Shown piece by piece: positions 10,023-22,626 of a stretch of DNA of 64,000 nt. The position numbers and the translations under genes are program-made. The DNA lies in assembly GCA_043779525.1 (NCBI GenBank), contig JAYWED010000030.1, positions 3,431-67,430 on the forward strand, given 5' to 3'. Positions within the stretch are counted from its first letter, which is position 1. Every line of letters starts with the position of its first letter. The notes under the pieces were generated by a model. The model was not told the DNA's origin. It ran no database searches and saw nothing but the letters and a program-made list of their open reading frames with translations. This DNA is from Candidatus Eiseniibacteriota bacterium. Lineage in GTDB: Bacteria > Eisenbacteria > RBG-16-71-46 > SZUA-252.

Positions 10023-11576
10023 TCACGCATTGGGGTCATGTCCGCCGTAGACGCGCCGCAGGGCGTCGGAGATCTCGCCCAGGGTCGCTCCCGCCTTCAC
10101 CGCGTCGATCACGCCCGGCGTGAGGTTCATCTCGCGTCGGGCCGTTTCCTCCAGCCGTTGCAGCGCGTGTCTCGTTTGAGCATCGTCGCGCGAGACGCGG
10201 AACGCGCGTACGCGCTCGATCTGGGCGCCCTCCAGCGCGGGATCGATCACGAAGGCGGAGGAGGGCTCCTCGTCTAAATCCGCGAACCGGTTCACGCCCA
10301 CGATGACCCGCTCGCCCCGCTCCACGGCCATCTGATGGAGGTAGGCCGCCTGCTCGATGGCGCGCGTCTGGAGTCCCGACTCGATCGCGCGCACCGCGCC
10401 CCCCGAGGCGTCGATCGCCTCGATGAGCCCGCGCGCCTCGCGCTCGATCCGGTCCGTCATCGACTCGATGGCAGTAGCGCCGCCCACCGGATCGATGGTA
10501 AAGGAGACGTCGCTTTCGTAGGCGATGATCTGCTGGATGCGAAGCGCCACCGTCGCCGCCTCCTCGCTCGGCAGGGAGAGCGCCTCGTCGAAGGAGTTCG
10601 TGTGGAGCGACTGGCATCCGCCGAGCACCGCCGCGAGCGCCTGGATCGCGACGCGGGCGATGTTGTTGTGGGGCTGCTGCGCGGTGAGCGTCGAGCCGGC
10701 GGTCTGCGCGTGGAAGCGGAGCTTCAAGGAATTGGGATCCTTGGGATGATGGCGCTGTTCCAGGAGCCGCGACCAGAGCCGCCGCGCCGCCCGGAACTTC
10801 GCGATCTCCTCGAGGAGATCGTTGTGCGCGTTGAAGAAGAAGGAGAGCCGCGGCGCGAAGCGGTCCACCGGAAGCCCGCGGTCCACCGCGGCCCGCACGT
10901 ACTCGAGCCCGTTCGCGAGGGTGAAAGCCACCTCCTGAGCCGCGGTCGACCCCGCCTCGCGGATATGGTAGCCGCTCACCGAGATGGGGTTCCATTGCGG
11001 GACCTCATCGGCGCAGAACTCGATCAGGTCGGTGGCGATCTTGAGGGACGCCGCCGGCGGGTAGATGTAGGTGCCGCGGGCGATGTACTCCTTGAGCACG
11101 TCGTTCTGCACCGTGCCCGAGAGCTTCGCGCGCGGCGTGCCGCGCCGGTCCGCCACCGCGATGACGAGCGCGAGGAGGACCATCGCCGTGGCGTTGATCG
11201 TCATCGAGAGGCTCACGCGGTCGAGCGGGATTCCCTGGAGCAGCCGCTCCATGTCCTCGATCGTCGAGATGGCCACGCCGGACCGCCCCACCTCGCCCTG
11301 CGCTCGAGGATGGTCCGCGTCGTATCCCATCTGCGTGGGCAGGTCGAACGCGACCGAGAGGCCGGTCTGCCCGAGCGAGAGGAGGTAGTGGTAGCGGCGA
11401 TTGGAGGAAGCAGCGTCCCCGAAGCCGGCGTACTGGCGCATGGTCCAGAGGCGCGAGCGGTACATGAGCGGATGGATGCCGCGCAGGTAGGGAGGCACGC
11501 CGGGAAGGTTGCGGTCCGCGCCCGCCTCGCTTGCGGCGCCCGCGATACGCTTCCTGGCCAGATCGGCTCGCGCCAT
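10023..11576 (-). CDS. methylmalonyl-CoA mutase catalytic-domain protein (no B12-binding domain)
   Basis: From ATG 11576 ([10 protein letters not shown]...): [39 protein letters not shown]. About 517 aa, which is the barrel domain only. The upstream 197 aa of track ORF 10023..12167 are an RGP-rich artefact. Confidence 0.85.
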   Translation of the reverse strand: MARADLARKRIAGAASEAGADRNLPGVPPYLRGIHPLMYRSRLWTMRQYAGFGDAASSNRRYHYLLSLGQTGLSVAFDLPTQMGYDADHPRAQGEVGRSGVAISTIEDMERLLQGIPLDRVSLSMTINATAMVLLALVIAVADRRGTPRAKLSGTVQNDVLKEYIARGTYIYPPAASLKIATDLIEFCADEVPQWNPISVSGYHIREAGSTAAQEVAFTLANGLEYVRAAVDRGLPVDRFAPRLSFFFNAHNDLLEEIAKFRAARRLWSRLLEQRHHPKDPNSLKLRFHAQTAGSTLTAQQPHNNIARVAIQALAAVLGGCQSLHTNSFDEALSLPSEEAATVALRIQQIIAYESDVSFTIDPVGGATAIESMTDRIEREARGLIEAIDASGGAVRAIESGLQTRAIEQAAYLHQMAVERGERVIVGVNRFADLDEEPSSAFVIDPALEGAQIERVRAFRVSRDDAQTRHALQRLEETARREMNLTPGVIDAVKAGATLGEISDALRRVYGGHDPNA

Positions 11577-11581
11577 CGGCG

Positions 11582-12085
11582 TCAGGCCTCGTGGGGCGTG
11601 ATGGCGAGGAGAAGCTGCCCGCTCTCGACGACCGTCCCGGGCGCGACCGCGATCGCGCGAACGCGGCCTTTGAGCGGGGCCACCAGCGCGTTCTGCATCT
11701 TCATCGCCTCGACCACCACGAGCGGATGTCCCGCCTCGACATCCTCGCCCTCGTGGGTCAGCACCTGAACCACCAGCCCCGGCATGGGCGCGTGAAGCTC
11801 GCCCCGCGAGGAATCCTCCTGGGACGGGCGGCGGGCAAGCTTCGGCGCGCGAGGGTCCCGGACCCGGAAGCGAAATACCCGTCCGTCCCTCTCGACCGCC
11901 AGGAGGTCTCCCTGACGTGTGACCCATGCCTCGACCGGGCGCGCGTCGATGCGGATCCGCATCGCCTCTCCGACGACGCCGTCCACCTGGTAGGAGCGTC
12001 CTCCGAGCGTGACGCGATATCCGGCGCCATCGGCCTCGACGGTCGCCTCCAGATCCGTGGCTCCCTTCGAGAGAAGGATCTTCAT
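11582..12085 (-). CDS. biotinyl-domain (BCCP-like) subunit of acyl-CoA carboxylase
   Basis: 167 aa from MKILLSKG. Biotinylation motif EAMKMQN. The ATG overlaps the biotin carboxylase stop as ATGA (12082-12085). Confidence 0.8.
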   Translation of the reverse strand: MKILLSKGATDLEATVEADGAGYRVTLGGRSYQVDGVVGEAMRIRIDARPVEAWVTRQGDLLAVERDGRVFRFRVRDPRAPKLARRPSQEDSSRGELHAPMPGLVVQVLTHEGEDVEAGHPLVVVEAMKMQNALVAPLKGRVRAIAVAPGTVVESGQLLLAITPHEA

Positions 12086-13668
12086 CGCGCTCTCGGCGGC
12101 GTCCGGAGGGCGCGGGCGGCCGAGCGCCAGAGGCTCGGCGGCTCGCCGTTGGCCGCGGCTCCGGCATTGCCGGCTCCCGGCAAGGCGAAGCGTGGCCCGC
12201 GGGAGGCCGCGTGCGCGTAGAGCGCCGCGATCACGGCCGCGTCCTCCTCGTCGCGCGCATCCACCGCGCGTCCGACGCCCCGGAATTCGCTGGTCAGGTA
12301 CGCCGTGTCGTAGGTTCCGGAGAGAAACGCGGGCTGCTCGAGGAGCCAGCGATGGAAGAGGAGCGTGGTCGGAATCCCCGAGAGCGCGCATTCGCCGAGC
12401 GCGCGCGCCGAGCGGGCGAGCGCCTGCTCGCGCGTGTCGCCCCACACGATGATCTTCCCGATCAGGGGGTCGTAATGGATGGGGACGGATCCGCCGGGGC
12501 GAACCCCGAGATCGCACCGCACACCGGGTCCCTGAGGCGCCTCGAGACGGCGCACGGTCCCCGCCTGGGGAAGAAAGCCCGCCTCCGAATCCTCTGCGTA
12601 GATGCGGAATTCGATCGCGGCCCCGAGAGGGCGAACGTCCTCCTGCCGCATCCCGAGCGGCTCGCCGGCCGCGAGCCGGATCTGCTCGCGCACGAGATCG
12701 AGCCCCAGAACCATCTCGGTCACCGGGTGCTCCACTTGCAAGCGCGCGTTCACCTCGAGGAAGTAGAACTTCCCGGCACGGTCCATGAGGAATTCCGCGG
12801 TTCCCGCGTTCGCGTAGTTGCCCGCCTTCGCCACCCGGACCGCGAGGTCCCACAACTCGCGTCGCCGCGCCGGATCCAGGGCAGGGGAGGGAGTCTCCTC
12901 GACCAGCTTCTGATGCCTTCGCTGGATCGAGCAGTCCCGCTCGCCGAGCGCGATCACGTTCCCGTGGAGATCGCCCAGGAGCTGCACTTCGATGTGGCGC
13001 GGCTTCTCGAGCCAGCGCTCCAGGTAGATCCGGTCGTCCCCGAAGGCGTTTCGCGCCTCTCCCTGCGTGAGCCGGAGCGCCTGCTCGAACTCCTCGGCGG
13101 AGTTCACGCGGCGCATCCCCTTACCGCCTCCGCCCGCGGCCGCCTTGAGCGCCACCGGATACCCGATCCGCCCGGCGTCGCGCTTCAGCTCCGCCTCATC
13201 GCTCGTCGGCGTCTCGGTCCCGGGGAGCACCGGGACTGAGGCCCGAAGCGCCAGAGCGCGGGCGCTCAGCTTGTCGCCCAGCGACCGGATCGCGTCGGGC
13301 GAGGGGCCGATCCACACCAGGCCGGCCGCACGCACGCGCTCGGCGAAGGCCGCGGACTCCGAGAGGAACCCATAGCCCGGGTGCACGGCGTCGGCTCCCG
13401 AGCGCCGCGCGACATCCAGGACGCGCTCCATGTCGAGATAGCTCTGCGCCGCGGGCGCGGGCCCGACCGGGTGCGCCTCGTCGGCCGCGAACACGTGCGC
13501 CGCGTCCTGGTCCGCCTCGGAATAGAGGGCCACCGACGCGATGTTCATCTCGCGGAGCGTCCGGCAGATCCGGATCGCGATCTCGCCTCGGTTCGCGACC
13601 AGCACCTTCTGGATGGGCCGAGCGCGGCCGGATGTTTCGGGAACCGGTTTCACGGGAGCTGTCTTCAC
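12082..13668 (-). CDS. biotin carboxylase subunit of acyl-CoA (propionyl-CoA) carboxylase
   Basis: 528 aa with [24 protein letters not shown] and [14 protein letters not shown]. Has a ~80-aa C-terminal extension beyond a typical AccC. Confidence 0.9.
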   Translation of the reverse strand: MKTAPVKPVPETSGRARPIQKVLVANRGEIAIRICRTLREMNIASVALYSEADQDAAHVFAADEAHPVGPAPAAQSYLDMERVLDVARRSGADAVHPGYGFLSESAAFAERVRAAGLVWIGPSPDAIRSLGDKLSARALALRASVPVLPGTETPTSDEAELKRDAGRIGYPVALKAAAGGGGKGMRRVNSAEEFEQALRLTQGEARNAFGDDRIYLERWLEKPRHIEVQLLGDLHGNVIALGERDCSIQRRHQKLVEETPSPALDPARRRELWDLAVRVAKAGNYANAGTAEFLMDRAGKFYFLEVNARLQVEHPVTEMVLGLDLVREQIRLAAGEPLGMRQEDVRPLGAAIEFRIYAEDSEAGFLPQAGTVRRLEAPQGPGVRCDLGVRPGGSVPIHYDPLIGKIIVWGDTREQALARSARALGECALSGIPTTLLFHRWLLEQPAFLSGTYDTAYLTSEFRGVGRAVDARDEEDAAVIAALYAHAASRGPRFALPGAGNAGAAANGEPPSLWRSAARALRTPPRAR

Positions 13669-13685
13669 CGGGGGATGCCTCGCGA

Positions 13686-15284
<1,599 letters not shown>

Positions 15285-15360
15285 CCTATCGCGCCCGGCT
15301 TCGATGTACAATGCCCTCCACCCCCTTGACGTCGTCGCACTCTCGCGTAGGAGCGATTTC

Positions 15361-16212
15361 ATGCCGCGCAGCAAGTCCCGCACGAAGTCTCTGGAACGCC
15401 GCATCGACCGCATCAACTGGATGGAATTCGCCGAGATCGTCCCGCGTCACGTCAACACGGTGCTCTTGCCGGTCGGGACGATCGAGGCGCACGGAATCAC
15501 GAGCCTGGGAACGGACAACGAGATCCCGACCCGGCTGAGCGAGGCCCTGGCGGAGCGGCTGAACGCGCTCGTGGCGCCGACGATTCCGTACGGGGTCACC
15601 GCGCACCTGGGCGCGCTGGCCGGGGGCACCCACGTGCCGGCACCCGCGTTCACCGAGTACGTCCTCGCCGTGATTGCCGCGCTGGTGCATCAGGGCGTCC
15701 AGAACGTGATCGTGATGAACGGCCACGGCGGCAACACGGAGGCGCTCCGCGAGGCCACGCGCCGCGCGCATGAGGAGACGGGCGTGTTCGTGGCCGTGTT
15801 CAACTGGTGGATCGAGATGAAGCCGTACGTCGAGGACTCGCTCGGCGCGCCCGGCGGCCACGCCGGAGTGGACGAGACGGCGGTGATGCTCGCCGTGGCA
15901 CCCGCCCAGGTGTTTCCCGACCTATGGGACCCCTCGCTCGCGTTCGAGCGCCGGGAGTCCATGACCGCGTTTCCAGAGCCCGGCTCCCTCCTTTATTACG
16001 GGGGAAAGCGAAGCGATCCGAGGCTCGACGCGCGCCTCGCCGCGCGATTCTGGGAACGCGTCGTGCAACACGTCGGGGAGGTGCTGGAGGACCTCGCCGC
16101 CCGATGGAACCGGGAGGCCATGCCGGCGACGCAGCGTCGCCGCGCTCCATCCGCGGCTCCGCGCGCCGCCTCGGGGCAGCGCGCCGCGAGAAAACCCCGG
16201 GGGAAGCCATGA
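15361..16212 (+). CDS. creatininase-family amidohydrolase
   Basis: From ATG 15361: [22 protein letters not shown] and [10 protein letters not shown] metal-site pattern. Basic Ala/Arg-rich tail. Confidence 0.75.
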   Translation: MPRSKSRTKSLERRIDRINWMEFAEIVPRHVNTVLLPVGTIEAHGITSLGTDNEIPTRLSEALAERLNALVAPTIPYGVTAHLGALAGGTHVPAPAFTEYVLAVIAALVHQGVQNVIVMNGHGGNTEALREATRRAHEETGVFVAVFNWWIEMKPYVEDSLGAPGGHAGVDETAVMLAVAPAQVFPDLWDPSLAFERRESMTAFPEPGSLLYYGGKRSDPRLDARLAARFWERVVQHVGEVLEDLAARWNREAMPATQRRRAPSAAPRAASGQRAARKPRGKP

Positions 16213-16919
16213 GCGCGCGAACCCGCCCGACGGTCGAGGACGACGGCATGTGTTTCTGCTGCGGCGCCAAGAACCCGATCGGGCTCAAGCTCACCTTCGA
16301 GACCCTGCCGAACGGCCGGACGCGCACCTACTGGACCCCGCGTCACGAGCACCAGGGGTTCAAGGAGATCGTCCACGGCGGTCTGGTCTCCACCCTGATG
16401 GACGAAGTGATGATCCGGCACCTCTACGCGCTCGGCATCCGCGCCGTGACCGCGGAGCTATCCACGAGGTTCCTCAGACCGCTGCGAACGGGGAAGCGCT
16501 ACCGCTTCGAGGGCTGGCTCCTCGAGGACAGGGGGCGCGTCGTCACGGCGGAAGCCGAAGGGTTCGACGACGAATCCGCCGAGCGGGTGGCCTCCGGGAG
16601 CTTCAAGTGCGTCCGGGTGCGGGGGGGCGGAGGTCCCGGGCGGCAGTTGATGGTCCTAGGGGCGTTCCGGCGTCGTCCCGGGCGCAGCGGTACCGGTCCC
16701 GAGCGGCTTTCTCGCGATCGCCGCGATGTTGTTGGCGAGGTCGCATCCAAGGATGCGACGCTTCACGTAATCCGTGATCATCAGCCGCGCCGAAACGACC
16801 GGTCCGGGATGCTCATCGCGCAGCGCCACGCGGTAGAGATCGACCTCCAGCCCCTCGCATTTCAAGAAGGCCCAGAGATCGCCCGCGTTATAGATGTGAA
16901 GATGAGTCATGTCCCATGA
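16209..16919 (+). CDS. PaaI-type hotdog-fold thioesterase (3' end as assembled is suspect)
   Basis: ATGA overlap with the creatininase stop (16209-16212). CFCCGAKNPIGL and IVHGGLVSTLMDEV are typical. The domain is complete by ~16620, but the frame stays open to 16919 across a G7 run (16621-16627). Confidence 0.65.
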   Translation: MSARTRPTVEDDGMCFCCGAKNPIGLKLTFETLPNGRTRTYWTPRHEHQGFKEIVHGGLVSTLMDEVMIRHLYALGIRAVTAELSTRFLRPLRTGKRYRFEGWLLEDRGRVVTAEAEGFDDESAERVASGSFKCVRVRGGGGPGRQLMVLGAFRRRPGRSGTGPERLSRDRRDVVGEVASKDATLHVIRDHQPRRNDRSGMLIAQRHAVEIDLQPLAFQEGPEIARVIDVKMSHVP

Positions 16920-17282
16920 ACGGGGATCGGGAATGTAGGCCGCGTTCGGCGTCTGGAGGACCAGCGCGCCCCCGGGCTCGAGCAGGGAGACCATCGTTCG
17001 CACCAGCGTGAGGCCGTCTCCGAGCGTCAGGTGTTCGATCACGTCCAGGCAGAGAACCGCCCCGTAACGCCTCGACACCTCATCCAAGTCGCGATAGGTG
17101 TAGGCGCCTTCCGTCCCGACATCCTGAGTATGGTATTCGCCGCGAAATCCCGCGCGCTGGAACTTCTGCATAATACGGAGATCCCCCGCTCCGACGTCCA
17201 GCACGCTGGACGAGCCCCGGATCGCGTCCCAGTAGACCCGCTCGATGTCGCATAGATCGTCCGTCTCCCACCATCGGCGCAC
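16656..17282 (-). CDS. class I SAM-dependent methyltransferase (start uncertain)
   Basis: VLDVGAGDL motif I, LCLDVIEHL and LEPGGALVLQTPN. GTG 17282 is the first canonical start downstream of the etfA stop. Stop TAG at 16656-16658. Confidence 0.6.
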   Translation of the reverse strand: MRRWWETDDLCDIERVYWDAIRGSSSVLDVGAGDLRIMQKFQRAGFRGEYHTQDVGTEGAYTYRDLDEVSRRYGAVLCLDVIEHLTLGDGLTLVRTMVSLLEPGGALVLQTPNAAYIPDPRSWDMTHLHIYNAGDLWAFLKCEGLEVDLYRVALRDEHPGPVVSARLMITDYVKRRILGCDLANNIAAIARKPLGTGTAAPGTTPERP

Positions 17283-17356
17283 AGGGAACCGGGGCGGTCC
17301 CTTCCGGAGAAGCTCCTTCCGCTTCCAGTAGGTGTCGTACGCGGGATCCGTCGGCG

Positions 17357-18340
17357 TTACTCCCTGAGGGCCTTCTGGAATTCTTCCGTGAGGAGCGGCA
17401 CGACCTGATAGAGGTCGCCCACGATCCCGTAGCTCGCGACCTTGAATATGGGGGCGTCCTTGTCCTTGTTGATCGCCACGATCGTCCGGGATGAGGACAT
17501 CCCGGCGAGATGCTGGATCGCGCCCGAGATGCCGATCGCGAAATACACGCTTGGATTCACGACCTTGCCGGTCTGACCCACCTGATGGCTGTGATCGATC
17601 CATCCCGCGTCGACCGCCGCCCGGGAGGCGCCCAGGGTCGCCCCCAGCACCTTGCAGAGCCGACGTAAGATTTCGAAGTTCTCGGGGCCCTGCATCGCGC
17701 GTCCGCCACTCACGATGATGTTCGCCTCGGTGAGATCGAGCATCTCCCCTTCGGATTTCTCGAATCCGGTCACCCGCGCGCGGACGTTCACCGGGGGGAG
17801 CGTCACCTTCTCGACGGCTGCTTTGCGCGAGGGATCCGGAGTCAGCGGCGTAAACGTGTTCGGGCGGATCGTCGCCAGCCGCGGCCTCGCGCCGCTCCAC
17901 GCGACGCGGCCGAACGCCTTTCCGGCGAAGATGGGGCGCCGCGCGACGAGGTCGCCGTCCACCATATCGAACCCGGTGCAATCCGAGGCAAGACCCACGC
18001 GAAGCCGCCCCGAGAGCCGGGGCGCCAGATCCTTTCCGTGCGAGGTGGCGCCGATGAAGAGCGTCTCCGGAGTGATGCGCTCGATGGCGGCCTTGGCGCC
18101 CGCGGCGCGGGCCTCGGTGGCGTAGCCCGCGAGCGATTCTCCCTCGACGTGCACGATCCGGTCGGCCCCATGCGAGGCGAGCCGCTCGGCCTCACCCGCG
18201 GCGAGCGGGCCGAGCGCGATGAGGGCGACGGTCCCCGGTCCGGCGAGGTCCGAGAGACGCCGGGCCTCGGCGAGCATCTCGAGCGTGATCTTGCGCGCCG
18301 AGCCGTCGTTCAGCTCCGCGAGCACCGCGAAGGTCGCCAT
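17357..18340 (-). CDS. etfA: electron transfer flavoprotein alpha subunit
   Basis: From ATG 18340 ([10 protein letters not shown]...). C-terminal FAD-binding pattern [17 protein letters not shown]. Confidence 0.9.
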   Translation of the reverse strand: MATFAVLAELNDGSARKITLEMLAEARRLSDLAGPGTVALIALGPLAAGEAERLASHGADRIVHVEGESLAGYATEARAAGAKAAIERITPETLFIGATSHGKDLAPRLSGRLRVGLASDCTGFDMVDGDLVARRPIFAGKAFGRVAWSGARPRLATIRPNTFTPLTPDPSRKAAVEKVTLPPVNVRARVTGFEKSEGEMLDLTEANIIVSGGRAMQGPENFEILRRLCKVLGATLGASRAAVDAGWIDHSHQVGQTGKVVNPSVYFAIGISGAIQHLAGMSSSRTIVAINKDKDAPIFKVASYGIVGDLYQVVPLLTEEFQKALRE

Positions 18341-19128
18341 CAGAGGACCTTCGCCTCTTCGCGCAGGATCCGCACCAGCTCGTGCGCCGTGTCCTTGGGC
18401 TCTCCTTCGAGAATCCTGCCGGCCTGGCGGGGGGGCGGCAGCGAAAATCCCACGAAGCGGATCGAAGCAGCTCCCTCCGACACCGCACCCGGATCCACAC
18501 CGAGGTCGGACAGGGTCCACTCCGGAATGACCTTCTTCTTCACCGCCATGATGCCCTTGAGCGAGGCGTACCGCGGCTCGTTGAGACCCTTCTGCGCCGT
18601 GATCACGGCGGGAAGAGAAAATTCCACGGCCTCGGACCCGCCTTCGACTTCACGCTTCGCTTTGCCCTGTTTCGAAGCCGGATCGACCTCGAGACTCACG
18701 ACGACCGACACATGCGGCACGTCCAGCAGCTCGGCGAGGATGATCCCCGCCTGGGACCAATCGTGATCGACGCCCTGCTTTCCCGTGAGGATCAGGTCGA
18801 ACCCGGCCTTCTTCGCGGCCCCCGCGAGAACTGTCGCGACCGCGAGCGGATCCGACAGCGCGACACCCTCTCCCTTGATGTGAACTCCCTCGTCCGCGCC
18901 GAGCGAGAGGGCGTACTTGATGGCGTCCTTGACGCGGTCCGGGCCCAAGCTCAGGACCGTGACCTTGCCTTGACCGAGCCGCTCCTTGATTCGGAGCGCC
19001 TCCTCGATCGCGAACTCGTCGTAGGGGTTCGCGACCCACTTCACCCCCGACGTGTCCACGACTCCGTCCTTGAGCTGGATCCGGGTCTCGGTGTCGGGCA
19101 CCTGCTTTACGAATACCAGGATGTTCAT
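18340..19128 (-). CDS. etfB: electron transfer flavoprotein beta subunit
   Basis: From ATG 19128 (MNILVFVKQVPDTE...), typical EtfB. The stop overlaps the etfA start by 1 nt. Confidence 0.9.
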   Translation of the reverse strand: MNILVFVKQVPDTETRIQLKDGVVDTSGVKWVANPYDEFAIEEALRIKERLGQGKVTVLSLGPDRVKDAIKYALSLGADEGVHIKGEGVALSDPLAVATVLAGAAKKAGFDLILTGKQGVDHDWSQAGIILAELLDVPHVSVVVSLEVDPASKQGKAKREVEGGSEAVEFSLPAVITAQKGLNEPRYASLKGIMAVKKKVIPEWTLSDLGVDPGAVSEGAASIRFVGFSLPPPRQAGRILEGEPKDTAHELVRILREEAKVL

Positions 19129-19228
19129 TCGAAAGGTCTCTCCCTCATTTCGTCCACGGCAAGGGCGCGCAGTATAGTACGATGTCACCCGGCGATGGAA
19201 GAAGCGTTCCCGTGCGGAGAAACCCGAT

Positions 19229-21133
19229 GTGAGTCACCCCTTCCTGAAACGCCTCGAGCAGGGCGTCGTCCTGGCGGACGGCGCGATGGGAACGCTGCTG
19301 TACGACCGCGGCATCACGTTCGACCGCTCCTTCGATCTCCTGAATCTTCAAGAGCCGGCCCTCGTTCAGTCCATCCATCGCGACTACATCCGCGCCGGCG
19401 CCGAGCTGATCGAGACGAACACGTTCGGCGCGAACCGCGTCCGTCTGGCGTCCCACGGCGAGAGCCAGGACGCGCGCCGCGTGAACCGCGCGGGGGCGCA
19501 GCTCGCCCGGAACGCGCGCGAGGAGGTGGGTGAGGCGGTTTTCGTCGCGGGCGCGATCGGACCGCTCGGAAAACCGGTCGCTCCGCTCGGCACGATCGCC
19601 CGGGAAGAGGCGCTGGAGGCCTACGTCGAGCAGGTGGAGGGGCTGGTCGAGGGCGGGGTCGATCTCCTCATCATCGAGACCCAGACCGATCTCGAGGAGA
19701 TGAAGCTGGCCATCCAGGCGGTGCGCCGCGTCACGGATCTGCCGCTCGTCGCGGAGATGACCTTCACCGAGGACGAGCGCACTCTCTACGGCGCCTATCC
19801 CGAGGACGTGGCGCGCGCTACCCAGGACCTTGGCGTGAACGTGCTCGGAGCGAACTGCAGCGTGGGCCCGCAGAAGCTGCTCGAGATCGTGCAGCGGCTG
19901 AGACGTAAAACCCAGCTTCCGATTTCGGTGATGCCCAACGCCGGACTGCCGCGCTTCATGAACGGACGGTTCCTCTATCTCGCCTCGCCCGATTACTTCG
20001 CCGACTACGCGGTGCGCTTCAAGGCCGCGGGCGCGAGCCTGATCGGTGGTTGCTGTGGAACGACGCCGGCCCACATCCGGCGCATGCGCGACGCGCTCGC
20101 GCGCCCGCCCGCGGGAACGGCCGAAGAGGTGGCGGCCGACCGCGCCCTGGCCCCCTCCGCTCCGCCGCCGCAGTCGATCGCGACCGAGGAGCCCGGGTCC
20201 GCGGATCCGGCCTCGCGCTCGCTTCTCGCGCGCAAGCTCGCCAATGGCGAGTTCGTGGTCAGCGTCGAGGTGGATCCTCCGCGAGGGGCTCGACCCAAGA
20301 AGATGATCGAGGGGGCGCAATTCCTGAAAGCCTCCGGCGTGGACACGATCAACGTCGCCGACAGCCCGATGGCGCGGGTCCGGATGTCCTCGCTCGCGCT
20401 CGCGTCCATGATCACGCAGCAGGTCGGCGTGGAAACCATCCTCCACTTCACCTGCCGCGACCGGAATCTCATGGGGATCCAGTCGGATCTCATGGGGGCG
20501 CACGCGCTCGGCATCCGGAACATCCTCGCGCTCACGGGGGACCCGCCGCGCGCCGGCGACTATCCCAACGCGACCGCCGTGTTCGACGTGGACTCGATCG
20601 GATTGATCCGCGTCTTGAAGCAGTTGAACGCCGGGACCGATCTCGCGGGAAATTCCATCGGGGAGCCGACCCGCTTTTTCATCGGCTGCGCGGTGAATCC
20701 CGCATCCGAGGACATCGACGCCGAGCTCACGCGGTTCCGGAAGAAGCTCGAGGCGGGTGCCGAATTCACAATGACCCAGCCGCTCTACGAGATCGAGCCC
20801 TTGACGCGCTTCCTGAAGGCCGTGGGCAAGAGCCGCGTTCCAGTGCTCCTGGGGCTCCTCCCGCTCCAGAGCCATCGCCATGCTGAGTTTCTTCACAACG
20901 AGGTTCCCGGAATCAATATTCCCGACCACGCGCGGGAGGCGATGCGGACGGCGGGGGACAAGGGAATCGAGGTCGGTATCGAGATGTGCCGAGCCCTCCT
21001 CCTCAAGGCCAAGGACATGGTCGAGGGGGCCTACCTCATGCCTTCGTTCGGGCGTTACGAGGTGGTCGCCAGGGTCGCCGAGGTGGTCCGGACCGGGGCC
21101 AAGGACGCGCCCAAAGCCGCCACGCCGGCCTGA
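19229..21133 (+). CDS. bifunctional homocysteine S-methyltransferase / 5,10-methylenetetrahydrofolate reductase (YitJ-like)
   Basis: 634 aa with a GTG start. The N-terminal Hcy-binding domain has GADLIETNTF-like GAELIETNTF and GGCCGTTP. The C-terminal half is MTHFR-like (FVVSVEVDPP, HFTCRDRN). Confidence 0.85.
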   Translation: MSHPFLKRLEQGVVLADGAMGTLLYDRGITFDRSFDLLNLQEPALVQSIHRDYIRAGAELIETNTFGANRVRLASHGESQDARRVNRAGAQLARNAREEVGEAVFVAGAIGPLGKPVAPLGTIAREEALEAYVEQVEGLVEGGVDLLIIETQTDLEEMKLAIQAVRRVTDLPLVAEMTFTEDERTLYGAYPEDVARATQDLGVNVLGANCSVGPQKLLEIVQRLRRKTQLPISVMPNAGLPRFMNGRFLYLASPDYFADYAVRFKAAGASLIGGCCGTTPAHIRRMRDALARPPAGTAEEVAADRALAPSAPPPQSIATEEPGSADPASRSLLARKLANGEFVVSVEVDPPRGARPKKMIEGAQFLKASGVDTINVADSPMARVRMSSLALASMITQQVGVETILHFTCRDRNLMGIQSDLMGAHALGIRNILALTGDPPRAGDYPNATAVFDVDSIGLIRVLKQLNAGTDLAGNSIGEPTRFFIGCAVNPASEDIDAELTRFRKKLEAGAEFTMTQPLYEIEPLTRFLKAVGKSRVPVLLGLLPLQSHRHAEFLHNEVPGINIPDHAREAMRTAGDKGIEVGIEMCRALLLKAKDMVEGAYLMPSFGRYEVVARVAEVVRTGAKDAPKAATPA

Positions 21134-21178
21134 GCGGCGCCTTCGGAGCCCGGCTCGGTCCCTTTCGGGGCAATGTTC

Positions 21179-21207
21179 TTGAACCACAACCACTTCGCTG
21201 CTAGAAT
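21179..21207 (+). promoter_or_regulatory. sigma70-type promoter for tRNA-Leu
   Basis: TTGAAC (21179-21184), a 17-nt spacer, then TAGAAT (21202-21207), 13 nt before the mature tRNA 5' end. Confidence 0.6.
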
Positions 21208-21216
21208 CGGCGTTGC

Positions 21217-21305
<89 letters not shown>

Positions 21306-21324
21306 GACTGCCCGGAGGCTGTGA

Positions 21325-22593
21325 TTGAAAGTCGACATTCGCGACCACGGATCCCCTTGGCGAAAGCTCCTCGTGATCGAGGTGCCTCCCGACGAGTTGG
21401 AGAGCGCCTTCCAGGACGTCGTCAAGGAGTTCCGCAGTCGTGTCCAGCTACCCGGCTTCAGGAAGGGGCACGCTCCGCGGAACGTGATCGAGCTCCAGTT
21501 CGGTCATTCCATGGAGCATGAGGTATTGGAGCGAGTGGTCAAACGCTCCTACGAGGCCGTCGTCCGCGACCAGAAGCTGGAGCCGATCTCCTACCCGACC
21601 ATCGAGAAGATCGAGTTCGCGCGCGGCAAGCCCCTCACGTATGAGGCGCAAATCGAAATCAAACCACAAGTTATCGCCAAGGATTACTTCGGCCTCGACG
21701 TGGACACCAAGGAAACCGAGGTCCAGGACGCCGACGTGGACAAAGCGCTGGAGGAGCTTCGCGAGCGCACCGCCGAGTGGACTCCGGTGGATCGCGAGGC
21801 GGGTGACTCGGATGCGGTCCTGGTCGATTACGTCAGGCTGAACGCGAAGGGAAAGCCGATCAGAAAGACCGAGCAGAAGGACGCGCTCGTGGAGCTTGGC
21901 GCGGGTGGTCTCCTGCCCGAGTTCCGGACGAATCTCGCAGGCGCCAAGGCTGGGGACCATCGCGACTTCCAGGTCACCTATCCGGCCGACTTCGGAAACG
22001 AGGAGCTCCGGGGGCAATCCTCGACTTTCTCCGTAGACGTGAGGGGTGTGCGGGAGCGGCGGATCCGCCCGCTCGATGACGAGTTCGCGAAGGAGATCGC
22101 CGGGATGAGGGATCTGGCCGAGCTTCGGGCCAGGGTCCGGCTGAACATGGAGAGCGAGGCCCGGGTCAAGGTCCAGCGGGAGCAGGAAGAGGCCCTGGCC
22201 GACCAGGTCATCGCCAAGAACCCGATGGAGCTGCCGGAATCGATGGTCCGCGAGTATCTGGAAGAGCTCCTCCAGCGTCTAAAGGGGGAAGGCCGGGAGT
22301 GGACCCCCGAAGAGGAGGAACGCTTCCGCGGCGAATATCGCCCTCTGGCGGAGCGACGCATCAAGAGGGACATACTCCTGGATTCCATCGCACGCGCCGA
22401 GTCGGTTGCCGTTACGGACGAGGAAATAGACCAAGCTTTGCGCGGCGCAGCGGAAGGGGAAGGGGCCCCACCGGAAACGGAGCGGGTGCTCCGGAGCCCC
22501 GAGCACCGGGACCGGGCGCGCGCGCATCTCACGGAGCGGAAGGTGTTCGGACTGCTCCGCGAGAAGGCCCGGCTTAAGATGGCCGTCGCCTAA
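21325..22593 (+). CDS. tig: trigger factor
   Basis: 422 aa, TTG start preceded by GGAGG. GFRKGHAPRNVIE motif and the conserved tig-clpP-clpX-lon order. Confidence 0.9.
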   Translation: MKVDIRDHGSPWRKLLVIEVPPDELESAFQDVVKEFRSRVQLPGFRKGHAPRNVIELQFGHSMEHEVLERVVKRSYEAVVRDQKLEPISYPTIEKIEFARGKPLTYEAQIEIKPQVIAKDYFGLDVDTKETEVQDADVDKALEELRERTAEWTPVDREAGDSDAVLVDYVRLNAKGKPIRKTEQKDALVELGAGGLLPEFRTNLAGAKAGDHRDFQVTYPADFGNEELRGQSSTFSVDVRGVRERRIRPLDDEFAKEIAGMRDLAELRARVRLNMESEARVKVQREQEEALADQVIAKNPMELPESMVREYLEELLQRLKGEGREWTPEEEERFRGEYRPLAERRIKRDILLDSIARAESVAVTDEEIDQALRGAAEGEGAPPETERVLRSPEHRDRARAHLTERKVFGLLREKARLKMAVA

Positions 22594-22626
22594 CCCGATA
22601 TAGGAACTCAAGGAGGGACGGAACGC

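Noticed and set aside
12082-12085. BC/BCCP junction as a sequencing frameshift in a fused PccA gene
   Set aside because: This remains possible but is less likely. The BCCP has its own ATG in an ATGA overlap, which is the same coupling device used at five other junctions in this window. It is kept as a finding only to be checked against reads.
11577-12167. 197-aa N-terminal extension of the mutase ORF (track 10023..12167)
   Set aside because: The extension is RGP-rich and overlaps the real BCCP gene in another frame. ATG 11576 gives a normal mutase N-terminus 6 nt after the BCCP stop.
19179-19228. SAM riboswitch upstream of the YitJ-like gene (B. subtilis yitJ is S-box controlled)
   Set aside because: The possible leader is only ~50 nt and shows none of the conserved S-box helices, so it is too short for SAM-I.
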